Part shown: one piece after another, positions 27,011-36,765 of the stretch | How the letters are laid out: each line of letters starts with the position of its first letter | Numbering within the stretch: the first letter of the stretch is position 1 | Assembly: GCA_038040175.1 (NCBI GenBank) | Contig: JBBPIT010000006.1 | Span: 19,991-83,990, forward strand | DNA from: Pseudomonadota bacterium | Lineage (GTDB): Bacteria > Pseudomonadota > Gammaproteobacteria > Burkholderiales > JACQAP01 | Direction of reading: 5' to 3' | DNA length: 64,000 bases | Notes under the pieces: generated by a model | The model's input: only the letters and a program-made list of their open reading frames with translations | Told to the model about the DNA's origin: nothing | Databases searched by the model: none | Translations under genes and position numbers: made by a program

Positions 27011-28864
27011 TCAGCTTTTCTCCTTTGACTTTGACTTGGCCGCCTTCGCCGCCTTTTGCTCCGCCTCCGCATCGAGCCTGAAGCTCGCGTAAGTGCCCGG
27101 CGCGTCCTCGATGACTTTCAGCCCGCCTTCGCCGGGAACGCGGGCGGGAACCTTGTCGCCGCCGAAGCCGGCCAGCCAGTTGCCCCAATCGCTCCACCAC
27201 GAACCTTCGTGCTTCTCCGCGGTGGAGAGCCATTCGTCGGCGCTGTCGCGCAGCTTCTCGTTGGTCCAGTACCAGTACTTGTTCGCCGCCGGCGGGTTGA
27301 CGATGCCGGCGATGTGGCCGGAGCCGCCAAGCACGAAGCGGACAGGACCCTTGAGCAACTGGGCGCCGAGATAAGTGCTCTTCCACGGTGCGATGTGGTC
27401 CTCGACCGTGGAGATGAAATACGTGGGAATGTCGACCTTGGACAGGTCGATCGGCACGCCGGCGAGCGTGATTCCGCCGGGTTCGCGCAACTTGTTCCTG
27501 ATGTACATGTTGCGCAGGTAGAAGGTGTGCATCTTCGCCGGCATGCGGGTGGAGTCCGAGTTCCAGTACAGCAGGTCGAACGGGAACGGGTCCTTGCCGA
27601 GCAGATAGTTGTTGATCACGAACGACCAGATCAGGTCGTTGGCGCGCAGCATGTTGAAGGTGCCGGCCATCTCCGCGCCCTCGAGATAACCGCGCTGCTC
27701 CATCTTCTTTTCCAGGTTGGCGAGCACGCCTTCGTCCACGAACACGCCGAGTTCGCCGGGTTCGGAGAAGTCCAGGAGCGCGGTGAGGAACGTGACGCTT
27801 TTCACCCGCGACTGTCCCTTTGCCGCCATCCAGGCGAGCGCCGATGCGGTGAGCGTGCCGCCCAGGCAGTAGCCGATCATGTTGACTTCACGCTCGCCGG
27901 TCGCCTTCTCCACGGCATCCAGTGCCGCCAGGGGACCTTCCAGCATGTAGTCCTCGAAACCCTTGTTCGCCAGCTCCTTGCCGGGATTGACCCAGGAAAC
28001 CACGAACACGGTGATGCCCTGGTCCACCGCCCACTTGATGAAGGAGTTCTTCTGCCGCAGGTCGAGGATGTAGTACTTGTTGATCCACGGCGGAATGATC
28101 AGCAACGGCGTCTTGTAGACCTCCTTCGTGGCCGGCTGATACTGGATCATCTGCATCAGTTCGTTCTGGTAGACGACTTTTCCCGGCGTGGTGGCGACGT
28201 TCTCGCCCATCTTGAACGCCTTGTAGTCGGTCATGCTGATCGCCAGCTTGCCGTGGCCGCGTTCAAGGTCGTGGAGCAGATGGTTGAGACCGTCGAGCAG
28301 GTTCTTCCCCCCGGTCTCTACGGTGGTCTTCAGCACCTCGGGATTGGTCATCACGAAATTGGTCGGGGCCAGCGCGTCCACGTACTGGCGGGTGAAGAAC
28401 TTCACCTTGCGCGCGGTCTGCGCGTCGAGGCCTTCGACTTCGGAGACGGTCTTCTGGATGTTCTGCGCGGCGATCAGGTAGGACTGCTTGATGTAATCGA
28501 ATACCAGATTGTTCTGCCAAAGCTCGCTGCGGAAGCGGTTGTCGGACTTGGCAGCCTCCGCGACCGGCGCCGATTCTTTGCCCATGGCCCTCTTCATGGT
28601 GTTTTGCCACAGCATGAAGTGGTCCTGCCACATGCGCATCCCGGCCTCGGCGAGCTTGAACGGGTTGGTCATCAGCTTCGCTGCCAGGTCCGTAAAAGCC
28701 TTGCCGACGCCGAGCTCGTCCACCGGTTCCTCGCCGGACTCCCTGGACTGTTCGGCGAGGTGTTTCTTGAAAAGATGATTGCTGCGCAACGCAATTTCAG
28801 CGAGCGTGCGCGCGAATTCCTTTGTATCGACGGGGGCGGGAACGGTTGGTTTTTCTTCGGCCAT
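27011..28864 (-). CDS. phaC: class I poly(R)-hydroxyalkanoate synthase
   Basis: The lipase-box-like GYCLGG is present, with PhaC N- and C-domain-like sequence throughout. The start is placed at MAEEKPTVP (28864). Confidence 0.92.
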   Translation of the reverse strand: MAEEKPTVPAPVDTKEFARTLAEIALRSNHLFKKHLAEQSRESGEEPVDELGVGKAFTDLAAKLMTNPFKLAEAGMRMWQDHFMLWQNTMKRAMGKESAPVAEAAKSDNRFRSELWQNNLVFDYIKQSYLIAAQNIQKTVSEVEGLDAQTARKVKFFTRQYVDALAPTNFVMTNPEVLKTTVETGGKNLLDGLNHLLHDLERGHGKLAISMTDYKAFKMGENVATTPGKVVYQNELMQMIQYQPATKEVYKTPLLIIPPWINKYYILDLRQKNSFIKWAVDQGITVFVVSWVNPGKELANKGFEDYMLEGPLAALDAVEKATGEREVNMIGYCLGGTLTASALAWMAAKGQSRVKSVTFLTALLDFSEPGELGVFVDEGVLANLEKKMEQRGYLEGAEMAGTFNMLRANDLIWSFVINNYLLGKDPFPFDLLYWNSDSTRMPAKMHTFYLRNMYIRNKLREPGGITLAGVPIDLSKVDIPTYFISTVEDHIAPWKSTYLGAQLLKGPVRFVLGGSGHIAGIVNPPAANKYWYWTNEKLRDSADEWLSTAEKHEGSWWSDWGNWLAGFGGDKVPARVPGEGGLKVIEDAPGTYASFRLDAEAEQKAAKAAKSKSKEKS

Positions 28865-28934
28865 AGCCGTTAAGCTAGGCGCAACTGCGCGACAGCGCAA
28901 GCGGACCGCGGGTTCACCGGGGCGTCCCGCGTTG

Positions 28935-29576
28935 TCAGCGGGCAGGCTTGCCGTAGGTCTTGAATTTCTCCAGCACTACTTCCATCTCGGCGTCGGAAAG
29001 TATGGCGGGCTTTCCGATCTGCAGCGCGCGCCAGTACTGCTCGCACAATGCTTCGACTTCCACCGCCAGCGCCAGCGCGTGCTTCAGGCTGTCCCCGGTC
29101 GCGATCATTCCGTGGTTCGCCAGCAGGCAGGCCTTGCGGTCTGACAGAGCTTCCAGCGCGTGGTCCGACAATTCCTGGGTGCCGAAGGTGGCGTACGGCG
29201 CGCAACGGATGCTGTTGCCGCCGGCGACCGCGATCATGTAGTGAATCGCAGGCACGTCCATCCCGAGACAGGCGACCGTGGTGGCGAAACTCGAATGGGC
29301 GTGAACCACGGCCTGCGCATCCTTGCGGGTGCGGTAGATGTCGTCATGGAAGCGCCATTCCGAAGACGGAGGCCGTTTGCCCGTTGGCTTGCCCTTCCTG
29401 TCGACGAACACGATGTCGACCGGCCTGGTTTCCTCGTAGGGCAGGCCGGATGGCGTGATCAGGAAACCGTCCTTCCAGCGCGCGCTGACGTTGCCGGACT
29501 TGCCGCGGTTGATGCCGAGCGCATTCATCGCCAGCGCGGTGGCGATGATCGCCTTTCTCAAAGGTAATTCGCTCAT
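28935..29576 (-). CDS. class II aldolase/adducin-family protein (MtnB dehydratase or Ald2-type methylthioribulose-1-P aldolase)
   Basis: GNVSARW ... ITPSG ... VVHAHS motifs. Its ATG at 29576 overlaps the mtnA stop (ATGA). Confidence 0.8.
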   Translation of the reverse strand: MSELPLRKAIIATALAMNALGINRGKSGNVSARWKDGFLITPSGLPYEETRPVDIVFVDRKGKPTGKRPPSSEWRFHDDIYRTRKDAQAVVHAHSSFATTVACLGMDVPAIHYMIAVAGGNSIRCAPYATFGTQELSDHALEALSDRKACLLANHGMIATGDSLKHALALAVEVEALCEQYWRALQIGKPAILSDAEMEVVLEKFKTYGKPAR

Positions 29577-30661
29577 CGCTGCGATCGTTCCGGATACAGC
29601 GCCGACAACCCCGCGCGCGAAGCCGGCGCGACCCCGCGCTCGGTGATCAGCATGGACACCAGCGCGGCCGGCGTGACATCGAAGGCCGGATTGGCGACCG
29701 GGCTTCTCTCCGGCACCAGCCACAATCGCGCCTGTTCACCGTCGCCGCCGCGGCCAGCAACCGATCGCAGCTCATCGGCTCCGCGCTCTTCTATCGGGAT
29801 CCCCACGAATCCGTCCTCGATATCCCAGTCTATTGTCGAGCCCGGAAACGCCACACAAAACGGGATGCCGCAATCCTTCGCGGCCAGCGCCTTCAGATAG
29901 GTGCCGATCTTGTTACAGACGTCGCCGCGAGCGGTGACGCGGTCTGCCCCGACGATCGCGATATCCACCTGACCCCGCTGCATCAAATGCCCGCCGGCGT
30001 TGTCCGCGATCACCGTATGCGGCACGCCGTGATGCGCGAGTTCCCAGGCGGTGAGCAATCCCTGGTTGCGCGGGCGGGTTTCGTCCACCCACACGTGCAC
30101 GGGTATGCCTTGGTCGTGCGCCAGATAGATGGGCGCGAGCGCGGTGCCCATGTCCACGGTGGCCAGCCAGCCGGCATTGCAGTGGGTGAGCACGTTGACC
30201 GGTCCGGACCGATTCTCCGCAGCCTTGCGAATCAGCTCGACGCCGTGCCGCCCGATTGCGTGATTCATCGCCACGTCTTCGTCGGCGATCGCCTGCGCTT
30301 CCTGCCATGCCGCTTCGGGGCGATCCTGGACCGCCAGCGGCCGCAGCAAATGGGTCATGCGCCCGATTGCCCAGCGCAGGTTTATTGCAGTCGGCCGGGT
30401 TTTGGCAAGCTGTTCGCCCGCGCGCGTGAGATTGGCGCCGGACGCATCGGCCGCCATCGCCATGGCCATGCCGAATGCTGCCGCCGCGCCGATCAGCGGC
30501 GCGCCGCGCACCCGCATGTTGCGGATCGCGTCGGCCACTTCTTCCGCGCTGGAGAGTTTGACGACCCTGAAAGTATGCGGCAGCAGGGTCTGATCGACGA
30601 TACGGACGACGTCGCCGTCGCGCCAGATACTTCGATACGCGACGCCGTCGACATTCATCAA
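29573..30661 (-). CDS. mtnA: S-methyl-5-thioribose-1-phosphate isomerase
   Basis: IVDQTLLPH ... MRVRGAPLIGAAAAFG ... THCNAG ... VGADRV are eIF-2B/MtnA family motifs. Confidence 0.9.
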   Translation of the reverse strand: MMNVDGVAYRSIWRDGDVVRIVDQTLLPHTFRVVKLSSAEEVADAIRNMRVRGAPLIGAAAAFGMAMAMAADASGANLTRAGEQLAKTRPTAINLRWAIGRMTHLLRPLAVQDRPEAAWQEAQAIADEDVAMNHAIGRHGVELIRKAAENRSGPVNVLTHCNAGWLATVDMGTALAPIYLAHDQGIPVHVWVDETRPRNQGLLTAWELAHHGVPHTVIADNAGGHLMQRGQVDIAIVGADRVTARGDVCNKIGTYLKALAAKDCGIPFCVAFPGSTIDWDIEDGFVGIPIEERGADELRSVAGRGGDGEQARLWLVPERSPVANPAFDVTPAALVSMLITERGVAPASRAGLSALYPERSQR

Positions 30662-31719
30662 CCGGCCCTGACGAAGCGGTGAACGCCGTCCGCGTCCTGC
30701 GAGTGCGTCAGCCGGCCCTGATACCAGAGGTAATGCAGATGCGCTATGGATTCACCCATCGCGAAGAAAGTCTGGTGCGTGTCGAGCGTGCGGCGGAACA
30801 ATACCGGCAGCAGATCTTTGGCGGTCTTCGGCGTGGCGCAGGATTCGAGCACTTCCGCCAGGCGGTCGCGATGATGCGCATGCAGCATCTGCACCCGCGT
30901 ATGCGCGCCGCGGAACGGCAGGCCGTGCGAAGGCAGCACCAGCGTGTCGGCGGGCAGTTCGGCAAAGCGGTCGATCGAGCGCAGGAAAAGTTTCAGCGGA
31001 TCGCCCTTGGGCTCGGTTGGCCAGACGCTGACGTTGGTGCTGATTTTCGGCAGCAGCATGTCACCCGAGATCAACACGACCAGCGATTCGCAGTACAGCG
31101 CCGCGTGTTCGGGGGCGTGTCCCCAGCCGACGATGACGCGCCAGCTGTTGCGGTCGATGTCGATCTCGTCGCCATCCATGATGCGCACGAACCGGGTGGG
31201 CGGTTCGGAGACGATCTTGCGGTAGGAATTGCCCCGGCCTTTGATTGCGGCGACGCGCTCGGGGTCGAGCCCGTGTTCGGCGAACAGTCGCGCGGTCGCA
31301 TCCGATCCGAAGCCCGGCTGGGTCTGGTACTGGGCATGGGCATTGAGGTACTCGGACTCGCTCATCCACAGCGGCGCGTCGAATCGCTGCGTCAACCAAC
31401 CGGCGTTGCCGAAATGGTCCGGATGAAAGTGCGTAACCAGCACCCGCGAAAGTCCGGCATTGCCGACCACGTCGCGGAAGATCTGCTCCCAGTGAACGCG
31501 GGTGGTGTCGGCGGCGATCCCGCAGTCCACCGCTGTCCACCCCTTGCCGTCGCGCAGCAGCCAGAGGTTGATGTGATCGAGCGCGAACGGCAGCGGCATG
31601 CGCAGCCAGAACACGCCGGACGCAATCTCGCGCACGCTTCCTCCGGAGGGCGGTTCCGGGAACGGGAAGGCGAGCGGTGCCGACGCTTCGAGGCGCGCCG
31701 CGCGAGCGGGTGTCTGCAT
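30658..31719 (-). CDS. MBL-fold metallo-hydrolase
   Basis: THFHPDHFGNAG metal-binding motif. It overlaps the mtnA start by 4 nt. Confidence 0.8.
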   Translation of the reverse strand: MQTPARAARLEASAPLAFPFPEPPSGGSVREIASGVFWLRMPLPFALDHINLWLLRDGKGWTAVDCGIAADTTRVHWEQIFRDVVGNAGLSRVLVTHFHPDHFGNAGWLTQRFDAPLWMSESEYLNAHAQYQTQPGFGSDATARLFAEHGLDPERVAAIKGRGNSYRKIVSEPPTRFVRIMDGDEIDIDRNSWRVIVGWGHAPEHAALYCESLVVLISGDMLLPKISTNVSVWPTEPKGDPLKLFLRSIDRFAELPADTLVLPSHGLPFRGAHTRVQMLHAHHRDRLAEVLESCATPKTAKDLLPVLFRRTLDTHQTFFAMGESIAHLHYLWYQGRLTHSQDADGVHRFVRAG

Positions 31720-31777
31720 GTGTGGAGTCTTCGGAAGTGTTGGCGCGGAGGCGCGCCGCGATATAGTTGGATTCTAC

Positions 31778-31793
31778 TTTACGTTTACGTAAA
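31778..31793. promoter_or_regulatory. palindromic ACGT box in the MBL/liuR divergent region (LiuR operator candidate)
   Basis: TTTACGT-TT-ACGTAAA, 12 nt upstream of the liuR ATG. Confidence 0.5.
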
Positions 31794-31804
31794 CTGCGTC
31801 GCGC

Positions 31805-32236
31805 ATGGGGGACTCTACATACACTATTACCGAACTTGCCCGGGAATTCGGTCTGACGACGCGGGCGATCCGCTTCTACGAAGACCAGGGACTGCTCGCG
31901 CCAAGCCGCGCCGGACGCAACCGCGTATACGGCCACCGCGACAAGGTTCGCCTCAAGCTTACCCTGCGCGGCAAGCGCCTCGGGCTCTCCCTCTCCGAAA
32001 TCCGCGAGCTGATAGACCTGTACGACGCCGCCAAGGACGAACAGGTCCAGGTCGAACGCTTCCTCGAAGTACTGGAACGGCGGCGCGCCATCCTCGAGCA
32101 GCAGCGGGAGGACATCGAGGCGGTATTGGGCGAAATTGCTGCGTTCGAGAAACAGTGCCGGGATTTTCTGGCCGGCAAAGGCAAGAATACGGACCGGGGT
32201 AGCGGCGGCAAACCGGCGATCAACGCAAAGCCCTGA
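31805..32236 (+). CDS. liuR: MerR-family transcriptional regulator, LiuR-like
   Basis: YTITELAREFGLTTRAIRFYEDQGLL is a MerR HTH. It heads the leucine-catabolism cluster. Confidence 0.85.
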   Translation: MGDSTYTITELAREFGLTTRAIRFYEDQGLLAPSRAGRNRVYGHRDKVRLKLTLRGKRLGLSLSEIRELIDLYDAAKDEQVQVERFLEVLERRRAILEQQREDIEAVLGEIAAFEKQCRDFLAGKGKNTDRGSGGKPAINAKP

Positions 32237-32384
32237 TTGCATGGAATTGTCGCGCACAAAATCGCTACGGGCTTGGAGCGAGGCAACCGTTCGGGACGGG
32301 ACATCGCCAGGCTGGCCGCCGCGCCGGCTCTTAGAGTTAATGGCTTGATCTGAAACGGTTTTGATGCAATGTCGCGGCTGCTGA

Positions 32385-32400
32385 TTGACGTTAACGTAAA
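32385..32400. promoter_or_regulatory. palindromic ACGT box upstream of the liu structural genes (LiuR operator candidate)
   Basis: TTGACGT-TA-ACGTAAA is embedded in the larger palindrome ATTGACGTT-N6-AACGTCAAT (32384-32407). Confidence 0.5.
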
Positions 32401-32434
32401 CGTCAATTACAGTCTGCCGGAATGGAGAGCACGC

Positions 32435-32695
32435 TTGAGCGGGTTTGAACCGAGGGATTCCGCCTACGCCGATCGGGTGCGGGCGCGTTTCGATCGCCAG
32501 AAAATCATGACGCTGATCGGCGCGCAGTTGGTGCGACTCGAGCCTGGCGAGTGCGAAATCCATCTGCCTTTCAAGGCCGAACTATCGCAGCAGCACGGCT
32601 ACTACCATGGCGGCATCATCGGTACCATCGCAGACTCGGCAGGCGGATACGCGGCGTTCACCCTGATGACGATGCACGGGAGGCCCGACCAATGA
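32435..32695 (+). pseudogene. PaaI/hotdog-fold thioesterase, apparently 3'-truncated
   Basis: A TTG start preceded by GGAGAG gives SGFEPRD...[21 protein letters not shown]. The ORF stops ~10 aa after the central hotdog helix, where the ivd ATG begins (ATGA overlap). About 45 C-terminal residues expected for the fold are missing. Confidence 0.45.
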
Positions 32696-33876
32696 AACCC
32701 GAAACCTTTCTCAAGAGCTACCCGACGCTCAACTTCGGCCTCGGCGAAGACATCGACATGCTGCGCGACACCGTGCAGAACTTCGCTTCCAGAGAGATCG
32801 CCCCGCGCGCGGCCGAGATCGACCACAACAACGAATTCCCGATGGACCTGTGGCGCAAGCTCGGCGGCCTCGGACTGCTCGGCGTCACCGTCGAGGAGGA
32901 ATACGGCGGCACCAACATGGGCTATCTCGCGCACGTCGTCGCGATGGAAGAGATCTCCCGCGCCTCGGGCTCGGTCGGGCTGTCCTATGGCGCGCACTCG
33001 AACCTGGCGGTGAACCAGATCCGCCGCAAGGGGAACGAGGCTCAGAAGCGCAAGTACCTGCCGAAGCTGATTTCCGGCGAACACGTCGGCGCGCTGGCGA
33101 TGAGCGAGCCGAATTCCGGCTCCGACGTGGTGAGCATGAAGCTGCGCGCCGAGAAGAAGGGCGACCGCTACATCCTCAATGGCAACAAGATGTGGATCAC
33201 CAACGGGCCGGACGCGAACGTGCTGGTGGTGTACGCCAAGACCGACGTGAATGCCGGACCGAAAGGAATAACCGCCTTCATCGTCGAAAAAGGCTACCAG
33301 GGTTTCTCCACCGCGCAGAAGCTCGACAAGCTTGGAATGCGCGGCTCCAACACCTGCGAACTGGTGTTCCGGGACTGCGAAGTGCCGGTGGAGAACGTGC
33401 TGGGCGAAGTAAACCGCGGCATTCAGGTGCTGATGAGCGGGCTCGACTACGAGCGCGCGGTGCTCGCCGGCGGCCCGCTGGGCATCATGCAAGCTTGCAT
33501 GGACGTGGTGATGCCGTACGTGCACGAACGCGAACAGTTCGGCCAGCCGATCGGCGAGTTCCAGTTGATGCAGGGCAAGATCGCCGACATGTACACCACG
33601 ATGAACGCCTGCAAGGCCTACGTGTATGCGGTGGGCAGGGCCTGTGATCGCGGCGAGGCCATACGCAAGGACGCCGCCGGCGCCATTCTGTACGCCGCGG
33701 AAAAGGCGACCTGGATGGCGGGCGAAGCGATCCAGGCACTGGGCGGCAACGGCTACATCAACGAGTACGCGACCGGCAGGCTGTGGCGCGATGCGAAGCT
33801 GTACGAGATCGGCGCCGGCACATCGGAGATCAGGCGGATGCTGATCGGCCGCGAGCTTTTCAAAGAAACTTCGTAG
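32692..33876 (+). CDS. ivd: isovaleryl-CoA dehydrogenase
   Basis: [20 protein letters not shown] ... an acyl-CoA dehydrogenase fold ending in [19 protein letters not shown]. Confidence 0.92.
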   Translation: MKPETFLKSYPTLNFGLGEDIDMLRDTVQNFASREIAPRAAEIDHNNEFPMDLWRKLGGLGLLGVTVEEEYGGTNMGYLAHVVAMEEISRASGSVGLSYGAHSNLAVNQIRRKGNEAQKRKYLPKLISGEHVGALAMSEPNSGSDVVSMKLRAEKKGDRYILNGNKMWITNGPDANVLVVYAKTDVNAGPKGITAFIVEKGYQGFSTAQKLDKLGMRGSNTCELVFRDCEVPVENVLGEVNRGIQVLMSGLDYERAVLAGGPLGIMQACMDVVMPYVHEREQFGQPIGEFQLMQGKIADMYTTMNACKAYVYAVGRACDRGEAIRKDAAGAILYAAEKATWMAGEAIQALGGNGYINEYATGRLWRDAKLYEIGAGTSEIRRMLIGRELFKETS

Positions 33877-33884
33877 CAAACTCT

Positions 33885-34100
33885 TTCAACACGAAGGACA
33901 CGAAGGAAAAACGAAGGCTCACGAAGGAAAGCAAAAACATGCGAACGGGAGAAGAAATAGGATGCACGATTCCTGGGAGCTGTCGCCCGGGCTCGCATCG
34001 AATGCTTTTCTCTTTGAACCCTACGTCCTTTTGGATTCAGGGGATTCCGGTTTGAAGTCCTTCGTGTTCCATTGCTCTTCCTTCGTGTCCTTCGTGTTTA
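33885..34100. repeat. tandem-repeat-armed hairpin element A (unit CACGAAGGA)
   Basis: AACACGAAGGACACGAAGGA (33888-33907) is the perfect reverse complement of 34079-34098. The arms are 9-nt tandem units, with a ~120-nt unique centre. Confidence 0.85.
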
Positions 34101-34182
34101 CGCGGTTCGCTTGAGACTTCAATGACGACCGTCACAGCACAGTTCCTGCCCAGCGCCAATTTGCAACAAGGAGACTAAAGTC

Positions 34183-35370
34183 ATGGCAAACGATCCGATC
34201 GTCATTGTTTCCGCTGCGCGCACGCCGCTGGGGGCGCTGCAGGGTGAACTGAAGGACTTCGCGGCTCCGCAGCTCGGCGCGGCGGCGATCCGCGCTGCGA
34301 TCGAACGCGCCGGCGTCAAGCCCGACCAGGTGCAGGAAGTGATCATGGGCTGCGTGCTGCCGGCCGGACAGGGGCAGGCGCCGGCTCGCCAGGCGTCGCT
34401 CGGCGCCGGTCTGCCGCTGTCGGCAGGTTGCACCACCGTGAACAAGATGTGCGGTTCGGGGATGAAAGCGGCGATGCTCGCGCACGATCTGCTCATTGCG
34501 GGCACCAACGACGTCATGGTCGCGGGCGGGATGGAGAGCATGAGCAACGCGCCCTATCTGTTGCCGAAGGCACGCTCGGGCTACCGCATGGGGCATCAGC
34601 AGGTGCTGGACCACATGTTCTTGGACGGACTGGAAGATGCCTACGACAAAGGCAGGCTGATGGGCAGCTTTGCCGAAGACTGCGCGGGGAAGTACCAGTT
34701 CGGCCGGGAAGATCAGGACAAATTCGCCGTTGCGTCGCTCGAGCGCGCGCAGAAGGCCAACAAGGACGGTTCGTTCGCATGGGAGACCATGCCGATCGCG
34801 ATCAAGGCCGGCAAGGATGAACGCTTCGTCGAGCATGACGAAGCGCCGTTCAAAGCCAACTTCGACAGGATTCCGCTGCTCAAACCCGCGTTCAGGAAGG
34901 ACGGCACGGTGACTGCGGCGAACTCGAGTTCTATTTCAGATGGTGCCGCGGCGCTGGTGATGATGCGACGCTCGACCGCCGACAGGCTCGGCCTCAAGCC
35001 GCTCGCAACCATTGCCGGTCATTCGACGCACGCCCAGGAACCGGGCTGGTTCACCACGGCGCCGGTCGGCGCGATCAAAAAACTGTTCGACAAGACCGGC
35101 TGGAGCGCGGACCAGGTCGACCTGTACGAGATCAATGAAGCGTTCGCGGTGGTGACGATGGCGGCAATGAAAGAGCACAAGCTGCCGCACGAAAAGGTGA
35201 ACGTCCATGGCGGCGCCTGCGCCCTCGGACATCCAATCGGCGCCTCCGGCGCGCGGATTCTCGTTACGCTGATCGGCGCACTGCGCAAGCACGGCGGCAA
35301 GCGCGGCGTCGCGTCGCTTTGCATCGGCGGCGGCGAAGCCACCGCGATGGCCATCGAGCTCGTCGCTTGA
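34183..35370 (+). CDS. acetyl-CoA C-acetyltransferase (thiolase)
   Basis: VIVSAARTPLG ... NKMCGSGMKA ... GGACALGHPIGASGAR ... CIGGGEA thiolase signatures. Confidence 0.92.
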   Translation: MANDPIVIVSAARTPLGALQGELKDFAAPQLGAAAIRAAIERAGVKPDQVQEVIMGCVLPAGQGQAPARQASLGAGLPLSAGCTTVNKMCGSGMKAAMLAHDLLIAGTNDVMVAGGMESMSNAPYLLPKARSGYRMGHQQVLDHMFLDGLEDAYDKGRLMGSFAEDCAGKYQFGREDQDKFAVASLERAQKANKDGSFAWETMPIAIKAGKDERFVEHDEAPFKANFDRIPLLKPAFRKDGTVTAANSSSISDGAAALVMMRRSTADRLGLKPLATIAGHSTHAQEPGWFTTAPVGAIKKLFDKTGWSADQVDLYEINEAFAVVTMAAMKEHKLPHEKVNVHGGACALGHPIGASGARILVTLIGALRKHGGKRGVASLCIGGGEATAMAIELVA

Positions 35371-35389
35371 CGCGACTAGATTAAACGCG

Positions 35390-35594
35390 TTCAACACGAA
35401 GGATCACGAAGGAAAGACTAAAAGCACACGAACGAAAAGCGATAAAGGGAGAAAACTGTCGACCACGAGATAGAGAGTTGGATCGGACCGACGAATGAGT
35501 GAGCGGACAAGTACCGGTACTCCTTTCTCAATTTGTTTGTTCTTGGTCTTCCTTCGTGACCCTTCGCTTTTCCTTAGTGATCCTTCGTGTTGAA
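35390..35594. repeat. tandem-repeat-armed hairpin element B (unit CACGAAGGA)
   Basis: TTCAACACGAAGGATCAC at 35390-35407 is the perfect reverse complement of 35577-35594. Confidence 0.85.
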
Positions 35595-35622
35595 AGAGGT
35601 TTGGTTTTAAGGGGAAACAAAC

Positions 35623-36531
35623 ATGACGAACAAGAAAATAGGATTTATCGGCGTCGGCATGATGGGCCACGGCATGGCGAAGAACCTGATCGACAAGGGT
35701 TTCCCGACCACCATCCTCAGCCACAAGAATCGTGCACCGGTCGAAGACCTGGTAAAGCGCGGCGCAAAGGAAGCGAAGGACGTTGCCGGCCTGGTCGCCG
35801 CCAGCGACATCGTGTTCATCTGCGTGACCGGCTCGCCGCAGGTGGAAGACCTGGTTTATCGCAAGGGCGGAATTCTGGAGTCGGCGCGCTCGGGGCAGAT
35901 CGTGGTGGATACCTCGACCAGCCAGCCTGGTTCGACGCTGAAGATCGCCGGCGAATTCCAGTCCAGGGGCGTGCGCTTCGTCGATGCGCCGCTGACCCGC
36001 ACGCCGGTAGAGGCGGAGCAGGGACGGCTCAATACCATGGTCGGCGCCGACGCGGCCACGTTCAAGGAGATCGAGCCGGCGCTTAAGGCATTCTGCGAGA
36101 ACATTTTCCATATCGGCGACGTTGGTGCGGGTCACAAGATCAAGCTGATCAATAACTGCGCCGCGATCGGACAGATGGCGCTGATCGCGGAAGCGCTGAC
36201 TGCGTGCGCGAAACTCGGGGTGGATCCGAAAAAGTACTTCCAGCTGGTTTCAACCGGCGCAGCAAACTCGGGCATCTTTCAGATGCTGGCAGGCAAGGCG
36301 ATCGAAGGCGATTTCACCGGGATGAAGTTCGGGCTCGCCAATGCACTCAAGGACGTGCGTTACTACAACCAGATGGCGATGGAGTTCGGTGTGGCGGGTT
36401 CGATGGCAGCGGCGACGCTGCAGACGTTGACGCAGGCGGTGAATCTCGGCTTCGGCGGTGCCGAGCATCTGGTCGCGTCGCTGGTTCCGGCAATCGCCAA
36501 GCTCAACAACACGCCGTTCCCGCCTGAATAA
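35623..36531 (+). CDS. NAD(P)-dependent oxidoreductase, 3-hydroxyisobutyrate dehydrogenase family
   Basis: The KIGFIGVGMMGHGMAKNL Rossmann motif, with beta-hydroxyacid dehydrogenase-like sequence. Confidence 0.85.
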   Translation: MTNKKIGFIGVGMMGHGMAKNLIDKGFPTTILSHKNRAPVEDLVKRGAKEAKDVAGLVAASDIVFICVTGSPQVEDLVYRKGGILESARSGQIVVDTSTSQPGSTLKIAGEFQSRGVRFVDAPLTRTPVEAEQGRLNTMVGADAATFKEIEPALKAFCENIFHIGDVGAGHKIKLINNCAAIGQMALIAEALTACAKLGVDPKKYFQLVSTGAANSGIFQMLAGKAIEGDFTGMKFGLANALKDVRYYNQMAMEFGVAGSMAAATLQTLTQAVNLGFGGAEHLVASLVPAIAKLNNTPFPPE

Positions 36532-36539
36532 AGACATGT

Positions 36540-36723
36540 TCACCACGAAGGCACGAAGACACGAAGAAAAGCAAAACGGACAATGGGGCAAGGTCTGAGC
36601 CATCGCGACGACGCCGGCAATGGCGCGTTCGGCGGAGAAGTAGGCGCACGCCGATTCGGCGTTCGCGGGCCTGTTCGACGCATTTCTTGCTCGCCTTCGG
36701 TTTTCTTCGTGCCTTCGTGGTGA
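36540..36723. repeat. tandem-repeat-armed hairpin element C (unit CACGAAG[GA])
   Basis: TCACCACGAAGGCACGAAGA at 36540-36559 is the perfect reverse complement of 36704-36723. Confidence 0.85.
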
Positions 36724-36765
36724 GATTGAAGGTTTTTCGCCAACCGGCAAACCAAAGGGCAAGTG

